Of a stretch of 64,000 nt of DNA, positions 46,324 through 55,215 are shown in pieces. The notes below the pieces were generated by a model that did no database searches, was not told the origin of the DNA, and saw only the letters and a list, made by a program, of their open reading frames with translations. This DNA is from Acidobacteriota bacterium (GTDB lineage: Bacteria; Acidobacteriota; UBA890; WLXD01), in the NCBI GenBank assembly GCA_963666215.2, contig CAXWPL010000003.1, positions 32,001 through 96,000 of the forward strand. The letters are read 5' to 3'. Numbering within the stretch: position 1 is the stretch's first letter; each line of letters opens with the position of its first letter. The position numbers and the translations under genes are program-made.

Positions 46324-48005
46324 TGGATATCGGATCGCCGTTGCCTTCACCGAGCACACCTACCCTTCCCGCCCGCCTCTTCATCGCCAACCGCGGCGAG
46401 ATCGCGGTGCGGATTGCAAGCACTTGTCGCGTTCTTGGGGTCCGCTCGGTGGCCTCCTTCACCGCGGCCGACCGGGAAGGCTTACACGTTGCCGCCGCCG
46501 ACGAGTCGGTGGAGATCGACAGTTACGTCGACGCCCAGGCCTTGGCCGCCACGGCGCGCGCTCGAGGCTGCGACGCCGTACATCCCGGCTATGGCTTCCT
46601 GTCCGAGAACCCCGCCTTCGCGCTCGCGGTTGTCGAGGCCGGACTGACCTTCGTCGGGCCGCCTGTCGAGGCAATGCGGGTGATGGGCAGCAAAACCCGC
46701 GCCCGAGCGGCGATGCGGGCTGCCGGCGTTCCCGTGGTGCCGGGGTCCGATCCTGTAGAGCTCGCCGGCTCGGCAGGCGCTCCCGGCACCGCTCGCCCAA
46801 CAGGGGCGAAGAGCGCCAAGTTGAAGAACCCTGGGTACAGCGGCGACGAAGGCCTCGCGCACCTGCAATCAACGGCAAGAGAGCTCGGCTATCCCGTGCT
46901 GATCAAGGCAGTTTCCGGCGGCGGCGGAAAAGGAATGTCGCGTGTCGACCAGGCCAGCGACCTGGCGCGCCTCGCTGCCCAAGCAGCCGACGAAGCAAAA
47001 CGCTGGTTTGGCGACGGCCGCGTTTACGTCGAGCGGCTCATCGAAAGGCCCCGGCATATCGAAATCCAGATCTTCGGCGATTCGCACGGCAACTGCGTGG
47101 CACTGGGTGAACGCGAGTGCTCCATTCAGCGCCGGCACCAGAAGATCGTGGAGGAAACGCCCTCTCCGATCGTTGATGACGATCTCCGAAGCCAGATGTC
47201 CGCGGCCGCCGTCGCCGCCGGCATTGCCGTCGGCTACCAGGGAGCCGGCACCGTCGAGTTTCTCCTTGAGACAGCGCTCGCTGACGATCCAGCCCAGGCG
47301 GCCACACCTCACTTCTACTTCCTCGAGATGAACACGCGGCTGCAAGTGGAACACCCCGTCACCGAGTGGGTTACGGGTCTCGACCTCGTGCGACTTCAGC
47401 TCGAGGTCGCCAGTGGAAGCGAGCTGTCGCTGGCAGCGCGCAACCCGACCTTTCGTGGTCACTCGGTGGAGTGCCGCATCTACGCCGAAGACCCCGCCAT
47501 CGGATTCCTGCCGCAGACCGGCACAATCCTCGTGCTGCGTGAGCCGGCTGGCCCCGGAGTGCGCGTTGACTCGGCCCTCGTCCAGGGCCAAGCCATCGGC
47601 ATCGACTTCGACCCTCTACTTGCAAAAATCTCCACCTGGGGCCACGACCGCGAAGAGGCCCGCCTACGGATGCTCGACGCGCTGCGCAACACCGTGATCT
47701 TGGGCGTGCGCACGAACGTCGATCACCTGCAGGACCTCGTGTCCCATCCGGCATTCGTCGCGGGACACTTGTCGACAGAGTTTCTGTTCGAGCACATGGC
47801 GCACTGGCCACCGCCGCAGCCCGAGGCGCCGCTGGCAGCGCTGCTCGCCGCCGCCGCGCTGGCCGGCCGCACCCATCGAGCCAGCAGTCGAACGGTCGCG
47901 ACCGAGGGACCTGGAAGCAAGGACGGCAATCACGATTCCGATCCGTGGCGCGCGCGTGCGCTCGAGGGCTTCCGGATCGGCGGCACATCTGGAGCCGACC
48001 CGTGA
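46323..48005 (+). CDS. Biotin carboxylase subunit (LiuD/MccA N-terminal part)
   Basis: IANRGEIA, HPGYGFLSEN, GGGGKGM, RECSIQRRHQK, EMNTRLQVEHPVTE; start GTG overlaps the liuC stop. Confidence 0.9.
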   Translation: MDIGSPLPSPSTPTLPARLFIANRGEIAVRIASTCRVLGVRSVASFTAADREGLHVAAADESVEIDSYVDAQALAATARARGCDAVHPGYGFLSENPAFALAVVEAGLTFVGPPVEAMRVMGSKTRARAAMRAAGVPVVPGSDPVELAGSAGAPGTARPTGAKSAKLKNPGYSGDEGLAHLQSTARELGYPVLIKAVSGGGGKGMSRVDQASDLARLAAQAADEAKRWFGDGRVYVERLIERPRHIEIQIFGDSHGNCVALGERECSIQRRHQKIVEETPSPIVDDDLRSQMSAAAVAAGIAVGYQGAGTVEFLLETALADDPAQAATPHFYFLEMNTRLQVEHPVTEWVTGLDLVRLQLEVASGSELSLAARNPTFRGHSVECRIYAEDPAIGFLPQTGTILVLREPAGPGVRVDSALVQGQAIGIDFDPLLAKISTWGHDREEARLRMLDALRNTVILGVRTNVDHLQDLVSHPAFVAGHLSTEFLFEHMAHWPPPQPEAPLAALLAAAALAGRTHRASSRTVATEGPGSKDGNHDSDPWRARALEGFRIGGTSGADP

Positions 48006-48610
48006 GTGCACGCTACACGCTTCGTGGCCGCGCGATCAGCGGCCGTGTGGACCGAGACCCCGACGGCGCGGCGACCCATGTGGAGCTCGACGCCAGCATT
48101 GAACCCGGCGCCGATACAGATGCCGGCGGCGACGGCGAAGACCAGGGTGTGAGCTCCTCGGACGCCGGAGCTGCGGCCAATCGATCGCAGACCTTTCGTA
48201 TTGTTCCGCTGGGCGATGGATCGACCCTATTTGTCGGCGAGCGGAATCAACCCGGCGACGATCCTCGAAGCCATCGCGTTTTCGTCGTGCGCGACGGGCG
48301 CGACGTTTGGGTCCATCTCGACGGCAGGGTTCACGTACTCGAGCACGCGTCGGCGTCCGCCGTCGAAGCAGAGCCGGGTGCGCTCACCGCAGCGATCCCG
48401 GGGAAGGTCGATGATGTGCTCGTCGTGCCTGGTGCCATCGTCTCCAAAGGCGACGTGCTGCTGGTGCTGTCGGCGATGAAGATGCAGCTCGAGATCAAGG
48501 CGCCGCACGATGGGCGCGTAGGCGACATCCACTTCGCGCCGGGCGACCGGGTCGACGCCGGGGAGCTCCTGTTGACTGTCGAGACCGTCGACGAAGCGAC
48601 GAGCTCCTAG
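48002..48610 (+). CDS. Biotin carboxyl carrier subunit
   Basis: IPGKV...LSAMKMQLEIKAP biotinylation motif; GTGA overlap with the upstream gene. Confidence 0.88.
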   Translation: MSARYTLRGRAISGRVDRDPDGAATHVELDASIEPGADTDAGGDGEDQGVSSSDAGAAANRSQTFRIVPLGDGSTLFVGERNQPGDDPRSHRVFVVRDGRDVWVHLDGRVHVLEHASASAVEAEPGALTAAIPGKVDDVLVVPGAIVSKGDVLLVLSAMKMQLEIKAPHDGRVGDIHFAPGDRVDAGELLLTVETVDEATSS

Positions 48611-48616
48611 CGACCG

Positions 48617-49543
48617 CTAGCAGGCCGCAGTCAGGGCCGGGCGGTAGCGCGGCCACAGCGCGGCGAGCGCGCGCGACGGCAGCTCCAGGTCCAAGGCACG
48701 CGACAACGCCGCGCTTGCCTCGACCACAGCGACGAGATCGACGCCGGTCGTGATGTCGAGCCGATCGAGCAAGCTCAACAGGTCCTCCGTGGCGAGGTTG
48801 CCGCTCGCCCCGGGGGCATAAGGGCAACCGCCGAGACCGCCGGCGGAGCTGTCGAAGGTGGTAATTCCGGCCTCCAGGCCAGCCATGATGTTCGCCAGGC
48901 CGCGGCCGTAAGTGTCGTGCACATGCAGGGCGAGCTTGCTGAGATCGACGACGGCCGCCAGACGCCCGATCGTGTCCAGCACCTGAACCGGGTCGGCGAC
49001 GCCAATCGTGTCTCCCAGAGAGACCTCGGCGCAGCCGAGCGCGAACAGCCGCTCGGTGACCCGAAGAACGGCGTCGACCTCGACGTCCCCCTGGTAGGGG
49101 CAGCCGAAGACCACCGAGACGTAGCCGCGAACTCGTAGATTGGCCTCGAGCGCCCGCCGGATCACCGGCCGAAAGCGCTCGATCGACTCATCGATGGTGG
49201 CGTTGATGTTTCGTCGGTTGAAGGTCTCCGAGGCAGCCGTGAAGACCGCGATCTCTTCCACCCCGGCAGCCAACGCATGGTCGAGTCCAATCTCGTTGGG
49301 GACCAACACCGGGTAGCGCACGCCTTCGAGCCGTTTGATGCCACGCATGACCGCGCTGGCATCGTTGAGCTGAGGTACCCACTTGGGTGAAACAAAGCTC
49401 GTGGCTTCGACCGCTGGCAGGCCGCTCGCTGCGAGGGCGTTGATGAACGCGATTTTGGCGTGGGTCGGGATGAAACGGGGAAGATTCTGAAACCCGTCGC
49501 GTGGTCCAACCTCGTAGACCGTTACCCGCTTTGGTAGACGCAT
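48617..49543 (-). CDS. liuE: Hydroxymethylglutaryl-CoA lyase
   Basis: EVGPRDG, TSFVSPKWVPQL, SLGDTIG, HVHDTYG, GGLGGCPYAPGASGNLATED. Confidence 0.93.
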   Translation of the reverse strand: MRLPKRVTVYEVGPRDGFQNLPRFIPTHAKIAFINALAASGLPAVEATSFVSPKWVPQLNDASAVMRGIKRLEGVRYPVLVPNEIGLDHALAAGVEEIAVFTAASETFNRRNINATIDESIERFRPVIRRALEANLRVRGYVSVVFGCPYQGDVEVDAVLRVTERLFALGCAEVSLGDTIGVADPVQVLDTIGRLAAVVDLSKLALHVHDTYGRGLANIMAGLEAGITTFDSSAGGLGGCPYAPGASGNLATEDLLSLLDRLDITTGVDLVAVVEASAALSRALDLELPSRALAALWPRYRPALTAAC

Positions 49544-49586
49544 CGAAGAAACTCGAATCAGGTGAGGAGAGCTACGCAGGATTATC

Positions 49587-49602
49587 AACTAAACGTTTAG
49601 TT
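49587..49602. promoter_or_regulatory. Perfect 16-bp palindrome, likely TetR operator between divergent promoters
   Basis: AACTAAACGTTTAGTT, flanked by TACAAT (+, 49605-49610) and GATAAT (-, 49581-49586) -10-like boxes. Confidence 0.75.
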
Positions 49603-49697
49603 AGTACAATGGGGCGCGCGGTGTTCGGGCAACGAAACTGTCGCCCCTGCCGCCCTCCTGCCCCAATCTCACACCCCTGTGCTACGCTCCTCGCACC

Positions 49698-50393
49698 ATG
49701 CAACCATCCGTCCCGGCGCCGGCAGCGCAAGAACCTCGTACTCGCAGGGAGCCTGGATCGCGCAACACCGAGGCCACCCGCGACGCGCTGATGAGCTCCG
49801 CTACCGAGATCTTCGCGACTCACGGCTTTGAAGGCACGCGCATCAATCAGATTGCCGACAGCGCTGGCGTCAACAAGGCCATGATCAGCTACCACTTCGG
49901 TGGCAAGAAGGGGCTCTACACCGAGATCCTGGCCGCCACGTTCTCGGAGGCCCGGGAACGCTTCAGCCTGATCAGACAATCCGAAGCGTCCGCGGACGAG
50001 CGGCTACGCGAGTTCATCGAAACGTTCGCGTCGCTGGCAATGAAGCAACCGGCGCTGCCAATGATGGTGATGCGCGAGGCGCTCTCGGGAGGACTGCACG
50101 TCGACGAGCACCTCATGCCGCAATTCCTGGAGCTGTTCTCGCTGCTGCAGGAGATCATCGACCAGGGCGTCGAAGAGGGCTGCTTCGGAGCGTTCAACCC
50201 CTACATGACACACATCAGCCTGATCGGCAGCTTGGTCTTCTTCTTCGCCTTTCTGCCGCTGCGATCGCGCATCTCCGATGACAAGTACCCGGCGCCGATG
50301 CCGGAAATCCGCGAGTACGTTCGCCATCTGCAAAAGCTGATGAGCCGCGGCCTCTCCACCGGCGCACCCGTACCCGCACCCGAGCCCGCCTAG
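49698..50393 (+). CDS. TetR/AcrR family transcriptional regulator
   Basis: FATHGFEGTRINQIADSAGVNKAMISYHFGGKKGLY HTH. Confidence 0.93.
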   Translation: MQPSVPAPAAQEPRTRREPGSRNTEATRDALMSSATEIFATHGFEGTRINQIADSAGVNKAMISYHFGGKKGLYTEILAATFSEARERFSLIRQSEASADERLREFIETFASLAMKQPALPMMVMREALSGGLHVDEHLMPQFLELFSLLQEIIDQGVEEGCFGAFNPYMTHISLIGSLVFFFAFLPLRSRISDDKYPAPMPEIREYVRHLQKLMSRGLSTGAPVPAPEPA

Positions 50394-50547
50394 CAGCAAC
50401 CACTCTGGGCGATCGGTACGGCACCGTGCGGGATCAGACTGGGAGTCTGACCTGGGTTTCTCTGCTCCCGACCTAGACCGGCCTCTACCCCCGCCAAACC
50501 TCTAGCGGGTGGGACTCACATCCAGCCGTCCGCGCCGCTAGGGGCCG

Positions 50548-53304
50548 CTACCGATTCTGCCCCTCTCCATACGAAATCGGCTGGCCCGGGTCGGGGCGGA
50601 TGCCGTGCTCGTCGAGAAGCCTGTAGAGGGCAGGCATGTGGCCGGTGATCAGCGCGTTGACGCGTTCGATCACCGGTCCGAGGTTCTCCTTCGCCCGCTC
50701 CAGGGTGTAGAGCTGGTCGTCGGTGGGCCGCGTTGTGGAGCGCTCGATTCCGAAAATCGCGAAAGCGCCGCGGCGCAGCGTCTGCAGTTCCGCCTGTACG
50801 TCGACGAGTTCCTCGTCAATCGTCTTGATGGCCTCGTCGATGGCCTCGTCGACCGCTTCGCGACCGTCAACCAATGCCTTGACGCTGTCGAGTTGCTCGC
50901 GGAGTCGCGTGGCTGCTCGGCCGGCCTCGAACTGCGGCCGTGCCAGCTCGTAGCCGTCCATCATCGCCTGTTGACGCACAGCCAGGTCGGCTTCGTTGAC
51001 CTCGACGCGCGGATCCAGCATCACGCTCACCGGTTGCAGCGGCTCGCTACCCGCAACGAGGCGCGCGCGATAGGTTCCGGGCATCACCCTGGGGCCTTGC
51101 GGCGTGCGGTTGAAGCGACCGCCGCCGCCGGCCGGCGGCTCGGCCTCGTAGGGCGGCGCCAATCGTAGGTCCCACACAACCTCGTGCACGCCGGCTCGCC
51201 CCGAGCCTTCGAGCGTCCGCACGACGTTGCCGTCGGCGTCCTCGATGGTCAGCTCGACGGTGATCGAGGCGTCGCCGTGGCCGTCTTCGTCGTCGGTCGA
51301 ACGCGGCCCGCGGCCGGGTCCTCCGCCACCCGGTCGACCTTCGGGGGGCCGGGCCTCCGATTCACCGCCGCGTCCTCCCTCGTCACCGTCGGCATTCTCA
51401 GCGTCGGCGGCGTCGGTGACGTCCTCGTTGTCCTCCGCGACCAGATCGGCCGGCAGGTAGTAGCGCAGCAGCGCACCGGTGCTCGGGTTGGGAGCGTCGT
51501 GCCGCGACAATGTTCCGGGCCCGGCCGTGCTGCCCATAATCTCTTCCTCGTCGCGGTCGATCGCCTTGGTGAGATCGGGGCTGATCTCGCGCCAGGTGTA
51601 GCCACGATCATTCGATCTCAGTAGCACGTTGCCGGCGGCGTAAATCGTTGACGAGTCGTGCTGCGAGATCGTGATCGGGCTGTTCCAGTTCCAGCGGTAC
51701 GGATCGGGCTCGCCGTCACCCTCCCCTTCCTCGTCCTCGCTCTCGCTACTCTCACCATCCACCTGTCGCGGCACCGGCCGGACGCTCTGGCGCTCCATCG
51801 CAGCCAGATTGATGCGCGTGATGTTTCCGTTCTGCGACTCGGCGAACATGATCGTCGGGTCGTTGGGATCGACCCGCGTGAAGAAGCCGTCGCCGCCGTT
51901 GACGTTGATCCAGTCGGCGTTGCGGATACCGCGCACATCGCGAGTGGCGCTCGGTGCGCCCCAGGAGCCGTTGTCCTGCAGGCCGCCGTACACCCAGTAG
52001 GGATCGCGCATGTCGACGCCGATCTCGTAGAACTGCGCCACCGGGAGGTTGTCGAGCACACGCCAAGTGTCGGAGCGATCGAAGCTGACGGCAACACCGC
52101 CGTCGCCGGCCAGAATCAGGTGGCCAGAATCGCTCGGATCGATCCACATCGCGTGAAAGTCGGAATGAACGTTGCGCGCGCCATCGTTGCGGAACGTGCG
52201 GCCGCCGTCTTCCGAAACAAACAGCTGCGCACCTAGCACGTAGATCCGCTGCACGTCGTTCGGGTCGACGCGAATCTGGCTGAAGTACATTGGCCTCGGG
52301 TTGGTGTCGCTCATCTGCTCCCACGTGGAGCCGCGGTCGAGCGAGCGATAGACGCCCGCACCGGGGGTCTCGTCGCCAGCCTCGCGAACGTCTGCCGAGA
52401 CGCGCCTCGCCTCGACGACCGCGAACACGACGTTGCTGTCGCGATGGAAGAAATCGACTCCGATGCGCCCCTTGTCACCCGCCGGCAGGCCTTCGGTGAG
52501 CTCCTCCCAGGTGCCTCCGCCGTCCGAACTGCGATAGAGCCCGCTGCCCGGGCCCCCGCCGACGAAACAGCAGGCCGAGCGACGTCTTTGGTACATCGCC
52601 GCGATGAGCGTGTCGGGGTCTCCAGGCGCCATCGCAAGATCGGTCGCCCCGGTGTTCTCGTCGACGTAGAGGACCTTCTCCCAGCTATCGCCGCCGTCGA
52701 GGGAACGGAAAACTCCGCGCTCTTCGGAAGGTGCCCATAAGTTGCCGCCGGCGGCGACGACGACCACGTCAGGGTCGGTTGGATGGATTACGATGCGCCC
52801 GATGTGCCGCGAGTCGCTGAGCCCTTTGTGCTTCCAAGTGCGGCTGCCGTCGATGGACTTGTACACGCCCGCGCCCCACGGTGAGCTTTGGCGATTGTTC
52901 GCCTCGCCGGTGCCAATCCACACGATGTTGGGGTTCGAAGGCGCGATCGTGACATCACCAATCGAATTCACGTCTTCGTTGTCGAAGAAGACCTCCCAGA
53001 TGGTGCCACGGTTCGTCGTCTTCCACAGGTTCCCGGTAACCGCGCCAGCGTAAAACGTGTCGCCGTCTACCGCCGCCAGATCGGCGATGCGCCCGCCCAT
53101 CACCGCGGGTCCGATGGTCCGCCAACTCAGCGCCGAGAGCAGCTCGAGGTCGATATCGGCGGTGCGAACGGCGTCGTCGGAAACCTCGTCACCGGCTTCA
53201 TCCGGCAAACCCGATCCGAACGGGGCGGCGACGGCCGGAAGCGTCGAAACCACCAGCAACGTCGCGGCCAGCAACCAACGCGAGGGAAAGAATCGAAGAG
53301 TCAT
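50548..53304 (-). CDS. VPS10/sortilin-like BNR-repeat protein, probably internally deleted
   Basis: Signal peptide, WRTIGPAVMGGRIAD, several SxDGGxTW Asp-boxes, GGLQDNGSW, C-terminal WDLR and coiled coil; abrupt TLSRHD|APNP junction. Confidence 0.82.
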   Translation of the reverse strand: MTLRFFPSRWLLAATLLVVSTLPAVAAPFGSGLPDEAGDEVSDDAVRTADIDLELLSALSWRTIGPAVMGGRIADLAAVDGDTFYAGAVTGNLWKTTNRGTIWEVFFDNEDVNSIGDVTIAPSNPNIVWIGTGEANNRQSSPWGAGVYKSIDGSRTWKHKGLSDSRHIGRIVIHPTDPDVVVVAAGGNLWAPSEERGVFRSLDGGDSWEKVLYVDENTGATDLAMAPGDPDTLIAAMYQRRRSACCFVGGGPGSGLYRSSDGGGTWEELTEGLPAGDKGRIGVDFFHRDSNVVFAVVEARRVSADVREAGDETPGAGVYRSLDRGSTWEQMSDTNPRPMYFSQIRVDPNDVQRIYVLGAQLFVSEDGGRTFRNDGARNVHSDFHAMWIDPSDSGHLILAGDGGVAVSFDRSDTWRVLDNLPVAQFYEIGVDMRDPYWVYGGLQDNGSWGAPSATRDVRGIRNADWINVNGGDGFFTRVDPNDPTIMFAESQNGNITRINLAAMERQSVRPVPRQVDGESSESEDEEGEGDGEPDPYRWNWNSPITISQHDSSTIYAAGNVLLRSNDRGYTWREISPDLTKAIDRDEEEIMGSTAGPGTLSRHDAPNPSTGALLRYYLPADLVAEDNEDVTDAADAENADGDEGGRGGESEARPPEGRPGGGGPGRGPRSTDDEDGHGDASITVELTIEDADGNVVRTLEGSGRAGVHEVVWDLRLAPPYEAEPPAGGGGRFNRTPQGPRVMPGTYRARLVAGSEPLQPVSVMLDPRVEVNEADLAVRQQAMMDGYELARPQFEAGRAATRLREQLDSVKALVDGREAVDEAIDEAIKTIDEELVDVQAELQTLRRGAFAIFGIERSTTRPTDDQLYTLERAKENLGPVIERVNALITGHMPALYRLLDEHGIRPDPGQPISYGEGQNR

Positions 53305-53331
53305 GGGGATCCATCCTTGGGTTTGCAGTCG

Positions 53332-53739
53332 TTAACGATCCACGAGGCGATACATGAACTTCAGGCCCGACCAATCTTCATCGACGGCGCAAATCTTGAC
53401 GTCCACCAGGCCGGCATCCAACCCGCTCCGTCGCACTTCCGCCTCGGCCAGGTCGCGATGCAGCGAGGACGACTTCTTGGGCCACGAGATCCACAACATG
53501 CCGTCCTTGGCAAGTGCGCGCTTGGCGCCGGGGAGACGTCGATGCAGCTCGACCGACCGCGAGCAGAAGCAATGGACGAAATTCATCTCGGAACCAGGCC
53601 GCGCCAGCTTGCGGACACCCTCGGGCAGTGTCCCGAGAAGACGCTCGTAGTGGGCCGGCGCCCCGACAAACGCCACGCGCATCCCGGGCTTGATACCGAG
53701 CTTCTTGATCAGCGGCGTTGCCGAATAGCCGGCGCTCAT
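53332..53739 (-). CDS. DUF3052-like protein
   Basis: AGYSATPLIKKLGIK, LWISWPKKSS, GLVDVKICAVDEDWSGLKF; start reassigned to ATG 53739. Confidence 0.8.
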   Translation of the reverse strand: MSAGYSATPLIKKLGIKPGMRVAFVGAPAHYERLLGTLPEGVRKLARPGSEMNFVHCFCSRSVELHRRLPGAKRALAKDGMLWISWPKKSSSLHRDLAEAEVRRSGLDAGLVDVKICAVDEDWSGLKFMYRLVDR

Positions 53740-53895
53740 TCCGTTGCTCCCACGAGCCTCCTCGGACGGGCTGTGCAAGAATATCGTGCTGCTCTTGTCA
53801 GCATCGGTTCGGCACTTTGCCACACCGAATCCCTGTGGGGCCACCGAGCTGCTCCCCCGATCTGTTCTCGTAGTCTTGATCGCAGGTTTCGCCAT

Positions 53896-55194
53896 ATGTC
53901 CACCACCCCCCCTACGCCGCGCCGCCTCGTTGCTCGCCACCGTGGCTACCGCCGGTCTCCTGGCAGCGCCAACGCTCGCCGCCTCGATCAGCGGCGCCCA
54001 GTCCAACGCCGCCCCACAGGACTCCGACCTGTGGCTGCGCAACGCCAATGTGATCGACGCTGCCGCCGGCACGCTGCGCGCCAACGTCGACATCTTGGTG
54101 AGTCCTGAATCGGGCACGATCCGGAGCATTCGTCCGTCCGGCGGAGCGAGCGTCGAGCTCGATTCAGGGCAGGTCTCCGAGATCGATCTCGGCGGCCGCT
54201 ACGTCACTCCGGGGTTGATCGACGCTCACGTCCACATCGCGACGTTCGATCAAGCGCGCCGGGCGCTGCACTCGGGCGTGACCACGGCGCGCAGCATGGG
54301 CGTCGACCACTTTGCTGACGTCGGTTTGCGGGATCTCGCGGCACGCGGCGCCATTGAGGCTCCCGAGATTCTGGCGGCCGGCTACCACGTCCGCCCGCGC
54401 CCGGCCGACGCGTTCTTCATGGACTTCCCCGAGCTTGCCGATCTGCTCGAGAGCGGCGTGCACGGGCCGGATGCATTGCGCAGGATGGGTGAGGCGCTGG
54501 CCGCTCGAGGCGTTGACTTCATCAAGACGAACGCGACCGAGCGCGCCGGATTGCCAGAGACCGATCCCCGCAAGCCCTTCTACGACGAAGCGGAGCTCCA
54601 CGCGCTGGTAGAAACAGGATCCACCGCGGGCCTTGGAGTTGCGGCACACGCACACGGCGACGTCGGTGGCCGCGCGGCCGTGCTCGCCGGAGTGCGCAGC
54701 ATCGAGCACGGCACCTATCTGAGCCCCGAGACACTCACCCTGATGGCCGAGCGAGGCACGTATCTGGTGCCAACCATCGCGGTCGTGTTCGATCTCACCC
54801 AGCCGGGCGGCGACTACGACAACGCGGCGCTGCAGGTCCGCGGCCGCCACATGCTGCCGCGTATTCGCCAGACGGCCGCTGCCGCTTATCGCGCCGGCGT
54901 GTCGATTGTGGCGGCTACCGACACCGGGTACGGACCCCAGAGCACCGTCCGGCTCAGTCATGAGTTGCTCGAGCTCGTCGGCGTCGGCATGTCGAGGCCG
55001 AAGCGCTCGGGGCGGCGACGTACGTAGCCGCCGAGCTGCTGGGCATCGCGAATCGTACCGGCAGCATCGCCGCCGACATGGAGGCGGACCTGCTCGTCAT
55101 GGAGCGCAACCCACTGAACGACATCGGCGCGCTGCAGGATGTACTGGTGGTCATCAACGACGGGCGCGTGGCGCTGAACCGTCTCGGCTTTTGA
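53896..55194 (+). pseudogene. Amidohydrolase (Xaa-Pro dipeptidase-like) with two frameshifts
   Basis: PGLIDAHVH, AAHAHG, SIEHG, ATDTG. ATG 53896 joins the frame only if one C is removed from C7 (53906-53912); the tail EAEALGAAT...GSIAADMEADLLV...RLGF* is in a shifted frame after about 54995. Confidence 0.8.
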
Positions 55195-55215
55195 GCTGAC
55201 TGGAAGGACGACAAC

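Noticed and set aside
50394-50547. Possible structured RNA or MITE between convergent tetR and VPS10 genes
   Set aside because: Only short GC-rich stems, with no recognisable family motif or terminal repeats.
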